In this document: positions 18,700 to 29,412 of the stretch, piece by piece | Layout: the number at the start of each line of letters is the position of its first letter | Position numbering within the stretch: the first letter of the stretch is position 1 | Assembly (NCBI GenBank): GCA_965248755.1 | Contig: OZ252149.1 | Coordinates: 288,001 to 352,000, forward strand | Origin: Candidatus Latescibacterota bacterium | Lineage (GTDB): Bacteria > Latescibacterota > CBDEFO01 | DNA length: 64,000 nt | Direction of reading: 5' to 3' | The notes under the pieces: model-generated | Databases searched by the model: none | Seen by the model: the letters and a program-made list of their open reading frames with translations, nothing else | Told to the model about the DNA's origin: nothing | Program-made: the position numbers and the translations under genes

Positions 18700-18893
18700 C
18701 TGGCCTGACGGAAGTACTCCTGAATCTCCCCAGCCGCGTATTGCTCACTGGGGATGCGTTCTCAGCTGCGACAATGTCGCAGCTGTTTAGTCTGACCAGG
18801 GCTACGCCCTCAGCCTTGTTGGCCATCCCTGGAATAGTTCCGCGAGCCAATAAAGCTACCACAATGACAGCGCTAACAACTGTCCCGTGTCAT
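18700..18893 (-). pseudogene. 5' fragment of a DUF4838 paralog
   Basis: AGGAGTTATACA-ATG then frameshifted TVVSAVIVVA...EGVALVRLNSCDIVAAENASP, matching the N-termini of the adjacent paralogs. Truncated. Confidence 0.7.
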
Positions 18894-18953
18894 TGTATAA
18901 CTCCTTCTACTCTGGTCCGTTAGAAGAGGTCTATCCCAAGCCAGCCTTTGCAG

Positions 18954-20798
18954 CTACTTCCCTGTAGGGTCACGGGTCCCCAGAATGGTTTCAAGACGCT
19001 GACGGATCGTCTGCGAGTAACCGTACGCATATCCCGCGACATCCGAACCGATACCGTTCCTTTCACACAATCGGAAGAATTCCTGGACAATTGGTCGCAT
19101 CTGTTCAGCGACAGCCCGATCGACTTCGGCATCCTCCTTCAGTTTAAAAATCGGGTCAATGGCTGCCCGGTAGGCACTGATGGAGGCCTTTTCCACACGA
19201 GCTTTGATCGCATCGCTCTTGGCCAGTTTCAGCGCCTCGACGAACAAGTTCACGCCAGTGGCCGCAACGGCTTCATCGACGGGTAAGCCATGCGGCTTCC
19301 ATTTTGTATGGTGTATTTTGATGTCTCTGTAATGGTTGTGCACCAGATCTATGAAACGGCGGATCGGCGGGGCTGCCTCTGAGTAGTGCAGACTGACGAA
19401 CTCATCAATTATATCCCTATCGTTGAGATCAGGGTTCCACAATAGCCGCGTCATCAGATGTTGCCTTAGATCAACCAGTTCTGTTGTAGCAGCCTGATAA
19501 TCGGACTGCATAAAGACGCCTTTGACTCCGTGGGCTACCAGAGTGTTGATGTTCGGTTTCATGAAAAACAAATCAGGATAGGGCAGAAGAGAGTGGCCCG
19601 CGCCAAAGTGGTAATCCCAGAAATATAGGTTTTTGCAGATTCTGCTCCATCCTTCCAATTCCTGCAGGAACTTGACATTCGGTGGGCAATTGCGTTCCGT
19701 AATTAAATGTACATGACATCGACCATGAGTGGTCAGGTTGACCTCCACATTGGGCCGGCACTTGATGGTCTTCGGAGGTTTGCGTGAGAAGCCATAGGCC
19801 AGCGTACCTATCTCGACATCTGGATGGGTCTTTGCAACCTGATCGGCCACAGCGTTGACGAACTTTAGCAACGCCCCCATGTGGGATTCTTCCGGTCCGT
19901 CAATCGCAGCGCACTCTTCACACTGGCAGTATTGCCAGACCGTGTCGTTTTGAGAGACTGAAAAGTTTTTTCGCCCGACGCAACTGGGAAATCCGATTTC
20001 CTCCAAAACCGCACTGGTAACGATGGGAATCAGATCCGCATTGGTCAAGCAAAGATGAGTGTGCGGGGCTTCATTGCGGCGTGTGCCGTCCCAGAGACCA
20101 AAGTACTCCGGATGTTCTTTGCCGTATTTGTCGATGGTGACCTGTCGGTAGAGGCTGTGATTGATATTGATGAACGCCGAAACTCCACCAAATTTTGGCG
20201 CAGCATGAGCGGCATTGTTCCGTGTGCGAACCGCAAAAACCGGGTATTGAAGTGATGCTTTGTAAACGGCATTACGGTAATTCGCGAAAGGCGGGCGATA
20301 GACACGGTCCACCGGGTCGATCAATCGCTGCTGGCCAACCGGCGGGACGTGGGTATGGTCGTGTGTGAGAAAGCGTACGCCCAGGTAATCTTCCAGGAAC
20401 GTGTAGACGCCATAAAGTGTGCCGCGCGGGCGCCCACCGGCTATGGCAATGTTGTTATCACGTACAACGATGTGTAGATCCTCAGGTCCCAAATCCTCAA
20501 CGCTGAATCCGACTGGGCTGGCTTGCATCACCTCCCCAGGTCCGATGAACACATGCTTGTCCCAACGTTCAATTTTGTGGACGATAGGAAGCTTTACATC
20601 GCTGGCCTGGAGGAAAAACTCCTGGAATTCCTCAGCCGCGTATATCTCACTGGCGATAGCATCGTCAGCCACAACGATGTCCCAGCCGCTTAGGCGGGCC
20701 AGGTCTAAGCCCTCATCAGTGTTGTGCATCGCAGCAATGCCTCCACACGAAAATATAGCTACCACAATGACAGCGCTCACAACTGTGGTCAGTTTCAT
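18954..20798 (-). CDS. secreted DUF4838 protein with GH67/GH20-like N-terminal domain (copy 1)
   Basis: Signal peptide MKLTTVV; GGRPRGTLYGVYTFLE, HPEYF, LCLTN, SVSQND, CQCEEC, TLAY, RLLWNP. Start placed at the ATG after AGGAG. Confidence 0.85.
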   Translation of the reverse strand: MKLTTVVSAVIVVAIFSCGGIAAMHNTDEGLDLARLSGWDIVVADDAIASEIYAAEEFQEFFLQASDVKLPIVHKIERWDKHVFIGPGEVMQASPVGFSVEDLGPEDLHIVVRDNNIAIAGGRPRGTLYGVYTFLEDYLGVRFLTHDHTHVPPVGQQRLIDPVDRVYRPPFANYRNAVYKASLQYPVFAVRTRNNAAHAAPKFGGVSAFININHSLYRQVTIDKYGKEHPEYFGLWDGTRRNEAPHTHLCLTNADLIPIVTSAVLEEIGFPSCVGRKNFSVSQNDTVWQYCQCEECAAIDGPEESHMGALLKFVNAVADQVAKTHPDVEIGTLAYGFSRKPPKTIKCRPNVEVNLTTHGRCHVHLITERNCPPNVKFLQELEGWSRICKNLYFWDYHFGAGHSLLPYPDLFFMKPNINTLVAHGVKGVFMQSDYQAATTELVDLRQHLMTRLLWNPDLNDRDIIDEFVSLHYSEAAPPIRRFIDLVHNHYRDIKIHHTKWKPHGLPVDEAVAATGVNLFVEALKLAKSDAIKARVEKASISAYRAAIDPIFKLKEDAEVDRAVAEQMRPIVQEFFRLCERNGIGSDVAGYAYGYSQTIRQRLETILGTRDPTGK

Positions 20799-20968
20799 CG
20801 TATAACTCCTCGTTGTTAAAAACACAACATAACGCGTTTGCCAAAATACTTCCGCAGGCAAATCGGGGAACTAGGCTGATAACACTCACAAGTAGAATAC
20901 ATTCCATAGTTATAACTCCTTCTACTCTGGTCCATTAGAAGAGTGCCATCCTAAGCCAGTCTTTGCAG

Positions 20969-22789
20969 CTACTTACCTGTAGGATCGAGGTTCCCCAAGA
21001 TGATTCCGAGGCGCTGACGATGTGCGTCATACCCGCCGAGCCCATACTTCTCGCATAGCCGGAAGAACTTTTTGACAAGCGGTCGCATCTGTTCAGCAAC
21101 AGCCGGATCGACTTGAGCATCCTTCTTGAGTCTCCAAATCGGGTCAATGGCTGCCGCAAAAGCGCTGATGGAAGCGTTTTCTACTCGAGTTTTGACCTCA
21201 TCGTTCTCAGCTAGATCCATGGCCTCGGCGAACAACTTCAAACTAGCTTTAGCGACGCCTTCATCAACCGGCAACTCCCAGTGATGGTAGGCGAGTGGAT
21301 CGTTGTGAGTCCCTGAGTCTCTGTAGTGGTTATGTATCATGTTGATGAACCTACGGATCGGTGGGACTGCCTTACCATAGTGTAGATTGAGAAACTCATC
21401 AATCAATTCCCTGTCGTTGAGCTTCGGATTCCACAGCAATCGGCTCATCATATAATGGGGCAGCTTCGCCATCTCTGTGTCGGGCCATCGTCCCGCGTGA
21501 GACTGCATGAAGACCCCTTCAACGCCAGCGTCCAAAAGAGTGTTTATGTTAGGCATGATCGTGTACAGGTTTGGGTACGGCAAGGGAGGCGCGCGGAAGT
21601 AGACGTTATATGTCCAGGCATAGAGGTTCTTGCAAATCCTGCGCCAGCCGCGGAGGTCCTGCATATAAGCGACATTCTTAGGGCAATTGGCATCAGCGAA
21701 GGCGTGGAGCTGACAGGCCCCAGAGCTGGAAAGGTTGATTTGAACATTGTCACGTGGCCTGATATTCTTGGGAGGCTTGCGAGAATAATTGTAAGCCAGC
21801 GTCCCTATAAAAACGTCTGGATGAGTCTTGGCCACCTCGTCGGCTACCTTGTTCACAAAGGTCAGCAGAGCTCCCATGTGCGATCCTTCACGCTCATCGA
21901 TGGCGGCACATTTCTCGCATCGACAGTAGTCGGTGCCCCCGTCGTTCTGGCTGACCGAGATATTCCTGGTCTCCGGTCTGTTTTTAAGCTCATCCCGTAC
22001 CGCCTGGATCACGATTTTCAACACCTCCTGATTGGTCATACAAAGCTGGCTCTGCCATTTAACTTGCCGCTTATCGTCGATCAGCGCGTAATATTCAGGG
22101 TGGTCCTTCCCATACTTCTCCACGGAAACCTGTCGGTAAAAACTGTGGTTGGTATTTCCGAACGGTGAAATACCACCAAACCGCGGCTCATCATGATCTA
22201 CGGTGTTGTTACGAGTACGGACCGCAAGAAAGGGATACTGATGAGGTGCTTTGTATGCGGCATTACGGTAATTCACGAAAGGTGGGCGATAGACGCGGTC
22301 CACCGGGCCGATCACTCGCTGCTGGCCAACCGGCGGGACGTGGGTATGATCGTGCGTGAAAAAGCGCACACCTAAATAATCTTCAAGAAAACTATAAACA
22401 CCGTAGAGCGTGCCACGAGGACGACCACCAGCTATGGCGATGTTGTTATCACGCACGACGATGCGGAGATCTTCTGGGCCTAAATCTTTGACACTGAATC
22501 CGACTGAGCTGGCTTGCATCACCTTACCAGGCCCAATGAACATGTGCTTGGCCAAATCTTTGATCTCGTGGACGATCGGGAGCTTTACTCCGCTGGCCTG
22601 ACGGAAGAAGTCCTGAAACTCCTCAGCCGCGTATACCTCACTGGCGATAGCATCGTCAGCCACAACTATGTCCCACCCATTTAGCTGCGCTAGGTCTAAG
22701 CCCTTAGCAGTTTTGTCCATAGTAGCAATCCTTCCACAGGCAAATATAGCTACCACTATGACAGCGCTCACAACTGTTGTTAGTTTCAT
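20969..22789 (-). CDS. secreted DUF4838 protein (copy 2)
   Basis: Same motifs as copy 1 (HPEYYAL, LCMTN, SVSQND, CRCEKC, TLAY, RLLWNP). Confidence 0.85.
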   Translation of the reverse strand: MKLTTVVSAVIVVAIFACGRIATMDKTAKGLDLAQLNGWDIVVADDAIASEVYAAEEFQDFFRQASGVKLPIVHEIKDLAKHMFIGPGKVMQASSVGFSVKDLGPEDLRIVVRDNNIAIAGGRPRGTLYGVYSFLEDYLGVRFFTHDHTHVPPVGQQRVIGPVDRVYRPPFVNYRNAAYKAPHQYPFLAVRTRNNTVDHDEPRFGGISPFGNTNHSFYRQVSVEKYGKDHPEYYALIDDKRQVKWQSQLCMTNQEVLKIVIQAVRDELKNRPETRNISVSQNDGGTDYCRCEKCAAIDEREGSHMGALLTFVNKVADEVAKTHPDVFIGTLAYNYSRKPPKNIRPRDNVQINLSSSGACQLHAFADANCPKNVAYMQDLRGWRRICKNLYAWTYNVYFRAPPLPYPNLYTIMPNINTLLDAGVEGVFMQSHAGRWPDTEMAKLPHYMMSRLLWNPKLNDRELIDEFLNLHYGKAVPPIRRFINMIHNHYRDSGTHNDPLAYHHWELPVDEGVAKASLKLFAEAMDLAENDEVKTRVENASISAFAAAIDPIWRLKKDAQVDPAVAEQMRPLVKKFFRLCEKYGLGGYDAHRQRLGIILGNLDPTGK

Positions 22790-22957
22790 CGTATAACTCC
22801 TCGTTGTTAAAGACCCAACATTACGCGTTTTCCAGAATGCCTCCCCAGACAAATGGGACAATTAGACTGATAACACTCACAACTGCGATCCGTTTCAACG
22901 TTTAACTCCTTCGAGGCTGGCCCGTTAGAAGAGTTCCACCCCAAGCCAGCCTTTAAC

Positions 22958-24780
22958 CTACTTGCCTGAAGGGTCACTGGTCACCAAGATGCCTTCGATG
23001 CGCTCGCGAGCTCTTGCGACAAGTCCGCCGATCCCATAGTCGTCGCACAGCCGGAAGAACTCTTCGACAAGCGGTCGCATCTGTTTGGCCAGCGCTGGAT
23101 CAATTGCGGCGTCCTTATTGAGTCTCCAAATCGTCTCGATGGCTGCCCGATAGCCGCAGATGGAAGCCTTTTCCACTCGTTCTTTGACTTCATCGTTCTC
23201 AGCCAATTTCATTGCTTCAGAGAACATACCAAGCCCGGCTTTGGCAACGGATTCATCGACCGGCAAATCCCAATGGTCGCGGATCAACGAAGTGTGGTGA
23301 GTACCTGCATCTTTGTAGTGCTTATGTGTCATGTCGATAAAGCGGCGGATTGGTGGGGCTGCTTTACCATAGTGCAAATCGAGGAACTCGTTGATGCACG
23401 CCCTATCGTCGAGATCGGGGTTCCACAACAGACGGTTGATCAGGTAATTGCGGAGGTCCGACAGTTCCGCCACCAAGTCAAAGCTGCATTGCATGAACAC
23501 CCCTTCAACTCCGGCAATTACAAGAGTGTTTACGTTTGGTTTGATCGTAAACAGGTTTGGATACGGCAGAAGAAAGTCGTGAAAATGGCGGTTATACGTC
23601 CAGGCGTAGAGGTGCCTGCAAATCTTGCTCCAACCGCGGAGGTCCTGCATGTATGCGACACTTCGGGGCAACTGGGATCGGCCAAGAGGTGAAGCTGGCA
23701 GGTCTCGATGCTGCTGAGGTTGATCTCCACATTGTCTCGCGGCCTGATAGTTTTGGGCGGCTTGCGCGAAAAACCATAGGAGAGCGTCCCGATAAAGACG
23801 TCCGGATGAGTCTTGGCCACCTCGTCCGCTACCTTGTTCACAAAGTCCAGCAGGGCGCCCATGTGTGATTCTTCGCGCTTGTCAACGGCTGTACACTCTT
23901 CACACTGGCAGTATTGCCAGATAGTGTCGTTCTGAGAGACGGAAAAGTTCTTGCGCCCAATGCTGGTGGCACGTTCGCTTTCCTGCAAGACCGCATCGGT
24001 AACGATAGGTAACAGCTCCGCATTGGTCAGGCATAGATGAGTATGCGTGAAATGGTTCCGGCGTGTCCAATCCCAGAGACCAAAGTACTCCGGATGATCC
24101 TTGCCGTACTTCTGGTAAGGCACTTTCCGATAGAAACTGTGATTGGTATTGCCGAATGGCGAAATGCCACCAAACCTCGGCTAGTCATGGTAGCCATTGT
24201 TGCGAGTACGCACCCCAAAAACCGGGTAATGATAAGATGTTTTGTACCCTGTCAGCCGTAAATTCGCAAAAGGTGAGCGATAGACACGGTCCACCAGGCC
24301 GATCACTCTCTGCTCACCAACCGGCGGCACGTGGGTATGATCGTGTGTGAGAAAGCGTACGCCCAGGTAATCTTCCAGGAACGTGTAAATCCCATAAAGC
24401 GTGCCGCGCGGTCGTCCTCCGGCTATGGCGATGTTGTCGTCACGTACAACAATCTGCAAATCTTAAGGTCCCACATTCTCAACGCCGAATCCCACAGGAC
24501 TGGCTTGCATCAGCTTGCCAGGACCGACGAACACATGCTTGTCCCAACGTTCGATTTTGTGGACGATAGGGAGTTTCACACCACTCGCCTGGCTGAAGAA
24601 CTCCTGAAACTCCTCAGCCGCGTATATCTCACTGGCGATAGCATCGTCAGCCACAACGATGTCCCAGCCGCTTAGGCGGGCCAGGTCTAAGCCCTCATCA
24701 GGGTTGTCCATAGCAGCAATGCTTCCACAGGCAAATATAGCTACCACAATAAGAGCGCTCACAACTGCGATCCGTTCCAT
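22958..24780 (-). pseudogene. DUF4838 protein (copy 3), disrupted
   Basis: In-frame TAA (24463) and TAG (24181), both at Glu positions of a paralog, plus a frameshift near 23665. Confidence 0.85.
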
Positions 24781-24840
24781 CGTTTGACTCCTTCTAATCT
24801 GGTCTGTTAGAATAAATCCATCCCAGCCCGGCCTGTGCAC

Positions 24841-25053
24841 TTACTTGCCTGAGCGGTCAAGGGTTTCCAACATACCTTCGGTGCACTCGCAAGCTCCTGT
24901 GACACGTCCGCCGATCCCATAGTCGTCGCACAGCCGGAAGGGCTCTTCGACAAGCGGTCGTATCTCCTCGGCCAGCGCTGGATCGATTGCGGAGTCCTTA
25001 TTGAGTCTCCAAAATCGGCTCGATGGCTGCCCGATAGGCGCAGACCGAGTCAT
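24841..25053 (-). pseudogene. 3' fragment of a DUF4838 paralog
   Basis: WRLNKDSAIDPALAEEIRPLVEEPFRLCDDYGIGG is nearly identical to the C-terminus of copy 3. Confidence 0.8.
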
Positions 25054-25092
25054 CTTCCAGCCTGGCTCTTGACGCTACTCGTCACCGTTCAA

Positions 25093-26823
25093 TTATCTGT
25101 TCTTCAAGGCTATCGGCTGGCGCTCAAGCTGCGAGAACGACACCGTTGCTTTGAGTATCTCATAATGACCGCTGTAACGCTTGTAAACCATGATCGCCAC
25201 CTGCTCTGGCAGCGGGGACTCCACCGACCAGTGGAAGAACCCAGCAAGATCGGTATGGACGTGCCACCTGTTCAGTACCACACAAGCACCGCTAACCGGC
25301 TGACCTGTGTCATCCACAACCCGGCTGCGAATCTTTCGACCATGCTTCAAACGGAAGTCCTGTGGCTTGGACTCCGGCGATACCTTAATATGCCGATGCT
25401 GTGGGGCATAACCGTCAGCCTCAACCGTCAAGACATATTCACCTAACTTGACCGACTCGAACTGGAACTGTCCCTGAGCGTCCGTCTGCACCGTCGGATA
25501 GCCATCCTCCTTACGAATTGATCTGTATCCCAGTGCCGGCGAACCGATTGTCAGAGGGGTCTTTTTCCAGGGATCCAATTCGGTGGGGTGCTCAAGCCAG
25601 GAGTCGAGATAGTAGCGGTTGGGACTGCGCTCGACAGTCGCGCCGGCAATCGCAGTGCCCTGCTGGTCCAGAACGCGGCCCTCTAAAGCTACATGGGCTG
25701 GCGACACCTTCAGAAGCTCGACCGTAATCGGCCAGACCTTTATGCCCTCAGCGTCGCTGCCGACCGCCACCAGCCGGTTCGGTCCAGTCTTGATCATATC
25801 GAACTGACCGGTAATAAAGGGCTCCGGTAGATCTGAGAACGTAATGCGGTCCTGCCAGGTATGACCGTTATCCAGACTGAAAGCTACATGGAAGCCCGGT
25901 CGGCCGTACTGACAGGCTACTACACCATTGTCCAGAAGCTGCAGCGTAGGCCAGATATTCATCAGGTGCGGCTTGGTCGGCGTCGGTTTGCTCCAGGTCC
26001 TGCCAAGATCGTTCGACCAGCAGACGTACAACGGTCTGTATTCGCCCGCTAGATGTGAGTACTGCGTACGCAGAATGGCCAACATCTGACCATTCGGCAG
26101 GAGCACGAAGCTCTGTTCGTCAAATCCCGCGTACTGACCCGGCAGTTCTGGGTTGGGATCCTGAGGGGTATAGTTGATTGTCACGTAATATAGCCACGTC
26201 CTGCCTTCATCGATCGAGCGGACCAAGTAAGCCCGAAGGACGTCTACGTCACCGCTAAACCGCCCGCCCATCGGCATCAACAGTGCCCCATCAGGCATTT
26301 GAAGAATCTTGCCTTTAGCGGGATTGGGGGTGTATACATGGCTGAGAGCAGTGATGTGATTGGGTACATACATCTTGTCTGTTTCGGTTTCCCAACTCAT
26401 AAAATCGTCGGTGAACCGAAAAACAGTCAAGTCATACCAGTCCCTTTCTCCTTCAATAGAAACTGTGCCTCCTTGAGGCTTGAACACACCGCCATCGCGG
26501 AGTCCTACACTTTCAGCCCCGCCAGCCATCCCGGGACCAGCCATTTCCTTGCTCCAGGTCTGACCCCCATCAGTCGAGACCCGGTAAAACCTCGGGTTAT
26601 GATTCGGCTTTGCATAGAAGACAGCTACGACCCCCGTCCGTGAGACAGACAGACTCGCGGTATTCTGGTAAACCAGATCGCTGATCTTGGTCGCTTCGCC
26701 GACTGTGATGTTGAGAATCTCAGTCTCTTCTCCTACAGCAGGCTGTTCCGCATAACCGGTATCAGCAACAGTCGTGGCAATGCAAAACATGATCCCTATT
26801 ACGTAAAGACAATTCCGTTGCAC
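25093..26823 (-). CDS. secreted BNR/sialidase-like + carboxypeptidase-regulatory-like protein (paralog B)
   Basis: Signal peptide; STDGGQTW, SIDEGRTW, SNDLGRTW, SLDNGHTW; GRVLDQQGTAIAGATV. Confidence 0.8.
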   Translation of the reverse strand: MQRNCLYVIGIMFCIATTVADTGYAEQPAVGEETEILNITVGEATKISDLVYQNTASLSVSRTGVVAVFYAKPNHNPRFYRVSTDGGQTWSKEMAGPGMAGGAESVGLRDGGVFKPQGGTVSIEGERDWYDLTVFRFTDDFMSWETETDKMYVPNHITALSHVYTPNPAKGKILQMPDGALLMPMGGRFSGDVDVLRAYLVRSIDEGRTWLYYVTINYTPQDPNPELPGQYAGFDEQSFVLLPNGQMLAILRTQYSHLAGEYRPLYVCWSNDLGRTWSKPTPTKPHLMNIWPTLQLLDNGVVACQYGRPGFHVAFSLDNGHTWQDRITFSDLPEPFITGQFDMIKTGPNRLVAVGSDAEGIKVWPITVELLKVSPAHVALEGRVLDQQGTAIAGATVERSPNRYYLDSWLEHPTELDPWKKTPLTIGSPALGYRSIRKEDGYPTVQTDAQGQFQFESVKLGEYVLTVEADGYAPQHRHIKVSPESKPQDFRLKHGRKIRSRVVDDTGQPVSGACVVLNRWHVHTDLAGFFHWSVESPLPEQVAIMVYKRYSGHYEILKATVSFSQLERQPIALKNR

Positions 26824-27317
26824 TTGAATCCCTCCAATCTTCGTAACCGTTCAGAACCTTCGCGGCCATGATGCTTCGCCTGACCGGGGAACGCCCCAGA
26901 CGGCAAAACACCAAATTCTCAGCTCATCCCACATAATACACATTCTCTGCCGTGACCTCCCAATGCGCTTTCAGAAACGTTTTCCACGTGCTATGCCGCT
27001 ATCGATCAGGCGCTGGCTGAAGGCCATGGTCCTTAAGAATCTTCCGCACCGTTGTATCTAAGATATCGTGACCCCGATTGACCATCGCAACTTGAAGGCT
27101 AACGTAGCACTAACTGGGTTGCTCTACACGCCATACGCAGAACGAACTACCTAACTTCTTCGGACAGCGGCTTCTGTCTTCGTCGGTTCCGTAATCCAAC
27201 TTAGCGGTAGCCACTTAGCAATGTCAACAGTGGCTCGCGTCCGGCCTAAGGATCTTTAGATATTTCCTGCAAAGCCTTACCGCCCAGCATCTTGACTCTT
27301 TCTACCTCACTACGGCG

Positions 27318-29075
27318 CTAACCGGACTTCACCTCCTCAGGCAAGATGCCGCCGCCCAGCGGGTTGGCCTTGAAATGCTGTTCGATCCATGGCTTGTGCA
27401 TTTCAAGGCGTAGTTCTTCGGCGAAACTGAAGAGGTTGCGCGTCAGATCGTCCTCCGAACTCCGTCGATGCGTGGGAGGCGGACCCGCAGGATCGGGCAC
27501 TACCTGTCCCTTCAACCCCACAAAACCACCGACTACCTCGTCGATCCGGGCATCGCTTAAATAGCCCAGCTTCCAGTCAAAGTAGAGATCCAGTGCCGCC
27601 CTGAAAACCATTGCATCCACGCGATTACCATGCAGGCGAACCGCCATGGCCTCGTGCACCGCCACATCCACCGTCCCCCTCACGCTCTGCCAGAGGCCAA
27701 TCATCCGATCGATCAGTTCAATTGCCTCATCCTTCTCGGCCAGTGCGCGGACCTTTACTTCCGGCGTGATCGGCTCACTGCCGAACAGCAGACGGGTGCC
27801 GGGGAGGGCCCTAATCTCGGCGGCGCGTTGCTCAGGGTACATATCCAGCGGCAAATCCAGACCGATATGGCCCGGTATGCGTGGCGCTTCCCGATAGGGC
27901 CCGCAAAGATGCGAATCAAGGTAGACCAGAGATGCAAGCTGGCTCTGCCCACTGGCCATCAGGCCCTGACACATGAACACGTTTATGCTCGCCTTCTGGC
28001 TGAGACGAAGAATCTCCACGACGGCGGGCGCTGCATCCGCACCATACGTCTGCGCAGCCCAGTCAAACATGATGGCCCCAGGCTCCGTCTCCGGATCGCT
28101 CGCATATCGGTCCAGGGCATACCAGTGCGCCATGTTCCAGGGATGGTCCCACTCGGTACGGTTGATGAACGCCTGTACCCAATACCCGGACAACCGCAAA
28201 CGGCTGATCTCCCGAAACGTACGCGCCCATGCTTCTACCATCGAGCAAGGAAAGAGATTCATACCCCGGTACTGCCCGGGCAACTGGATGCGCGGCAGAT
28301 AAGGCGCACGACCAGAGGACGGAACCCGAAGATGGTCATACATTGGATTCGCCGGCCATCCTGGTTCCTGGTCCCAGTAAAGATCAGAGAACATCACCAC
28401 AACGTTCTCAGGCAGCTGACCCGTCAGGTCAGAAAAGAGTTCGATTTCAACGCGCTGGCCCCAGGGGTCGTCCTGGTGGTTGTTCCAGAGCAGCAACGCG
28501 TCGTGACCAGCGAGCAGTCCCCCCAGAAACCGTAGCGCCTCGATCAGACGCTCTCGGCGGCTCAAAGACCCACACCTGGAACAGTCACACATCCAGGGCG
28601 CACCGTTCGACATGTAGTATTCAGTCGTAATGCCGAATGAATAACCTCCCAGATCGGGAATCTCCCGGAAGTCTGCGGCGACCGCCTCCTGCCAGAATCG
28701 CCGGACCTGCTCATTGAAGGGACACAAGAGAGGGGAGGTGCGCTTAAGGTCTCGATTACGGAGAGGCAGCCAGATCAGCTCACCCGTCTCCAACTCCGTC
28801 CACTGCCGGCAGATCAACAGCCGGATGCCCCTGGCCTTCAAATATCCAGCAAACGACGCCAGCACAGGACGCTGTTCATCCGTGTAATAGCGAAGGTCCA
28901 GCGCGTTGATACCAATCGATGCGATAAAATCCACGAACCTGCCCAGCTCCGAATCCGCAGTAGGATTCAGCATCTCCCGCGACTGAAGAACTGTCGGTTC
29001 GTCGGTAAACAAAACGTCTCCGTCAATCTGCTGCCACAGAGTCATCACCCGCCAGGGCAGATCGTGTGAAGACAT
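27318..29075 (-). CDS. divergent GH67 (alpha-glucuronidase)-like protein (copy 1)
   Basis: IASIGINAL, CPFNEQVRRFW...EIPDLGG and HPWNMAHWYALDRYASDP...WAAQTYG resemble GH67 middle/C-terminal motifs. Confidence 0.55.
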   Translation of the reverse strand: MSSHDLPWRVMTLWQQIDGDVLFTDEPTVLQSREMLNPTADSELGRFVDFIASIGINALDLRYYTDEQRPVLASFAGYLKARGIRLLICRQWTELETGELIWLPLRNRDLKRTSPLLCPFNEQVRRFWQEAVAADFREIPDLGGYSFGITTEYYMSNGAPWMCDCSRCGSLSRRERLIEALRFLGGLLAGHDALLLWNNHQDDPWGQRVEIELFSDLTGQLPENVVVMFSDLYWDQEPGWPANPMYDHLRVPSSGRAPYLPRIQLPGQYRGMNLFPCSMVEAWARTFREISRLRLSGYWVQAFINRTEWDHPWNMAHWYALDRYASDPETEPGAIMFDWAAQTYGADAAPAVVEILRLSQKASINVFMCQGLMASGQSQLASLVYLDSHLCGPYREAPRIPGHIGLDLPLDMYPEQRAAEIRALPGTRLLFGSEPITPEVKVRALAEKDEAIELIDRMIGLWQSVRGTVDVAVHEAMAVRLHGNRVDAMVFRAALDLYFDWKLGYLSDARIDEVVGGFVGLKGQVVPDPAGPPPTHRRSSEDDLTRNLFSFAEELRLEMHKPWIEQHFKANPLGGGILPEEVKSG

Positions 29076-29412
29076 CGTGAACCTCCTCTCAGAAAAGCGT
29101 CTCGTCAGAGACGAAGCAGCAGACCCGATACCAGCGCGTTTGGCTCATACGCCAGTGATCACGCCGATACAGCGAAAAGAATCAGCCGCGTTAGTTGAAC
29201 TTCTACGAAATGGCTGCGCATCTTGCGACCTGCATCGTCCCAGTAATCAGCCAGACCCGCGGCGCTCAGCTTGAGCGGCAAGGGCAATCATGACAGCCAC
29301 CTCGCAGAGTTCGGATGTTTCCAATAGCTCAGGCCGCACCCGATGCACAGATAAGCTCCGCTAGCACACGGCACCCGTGCTACTGACGTCTCGCCTCATG
29401 TTATCCTACGTC

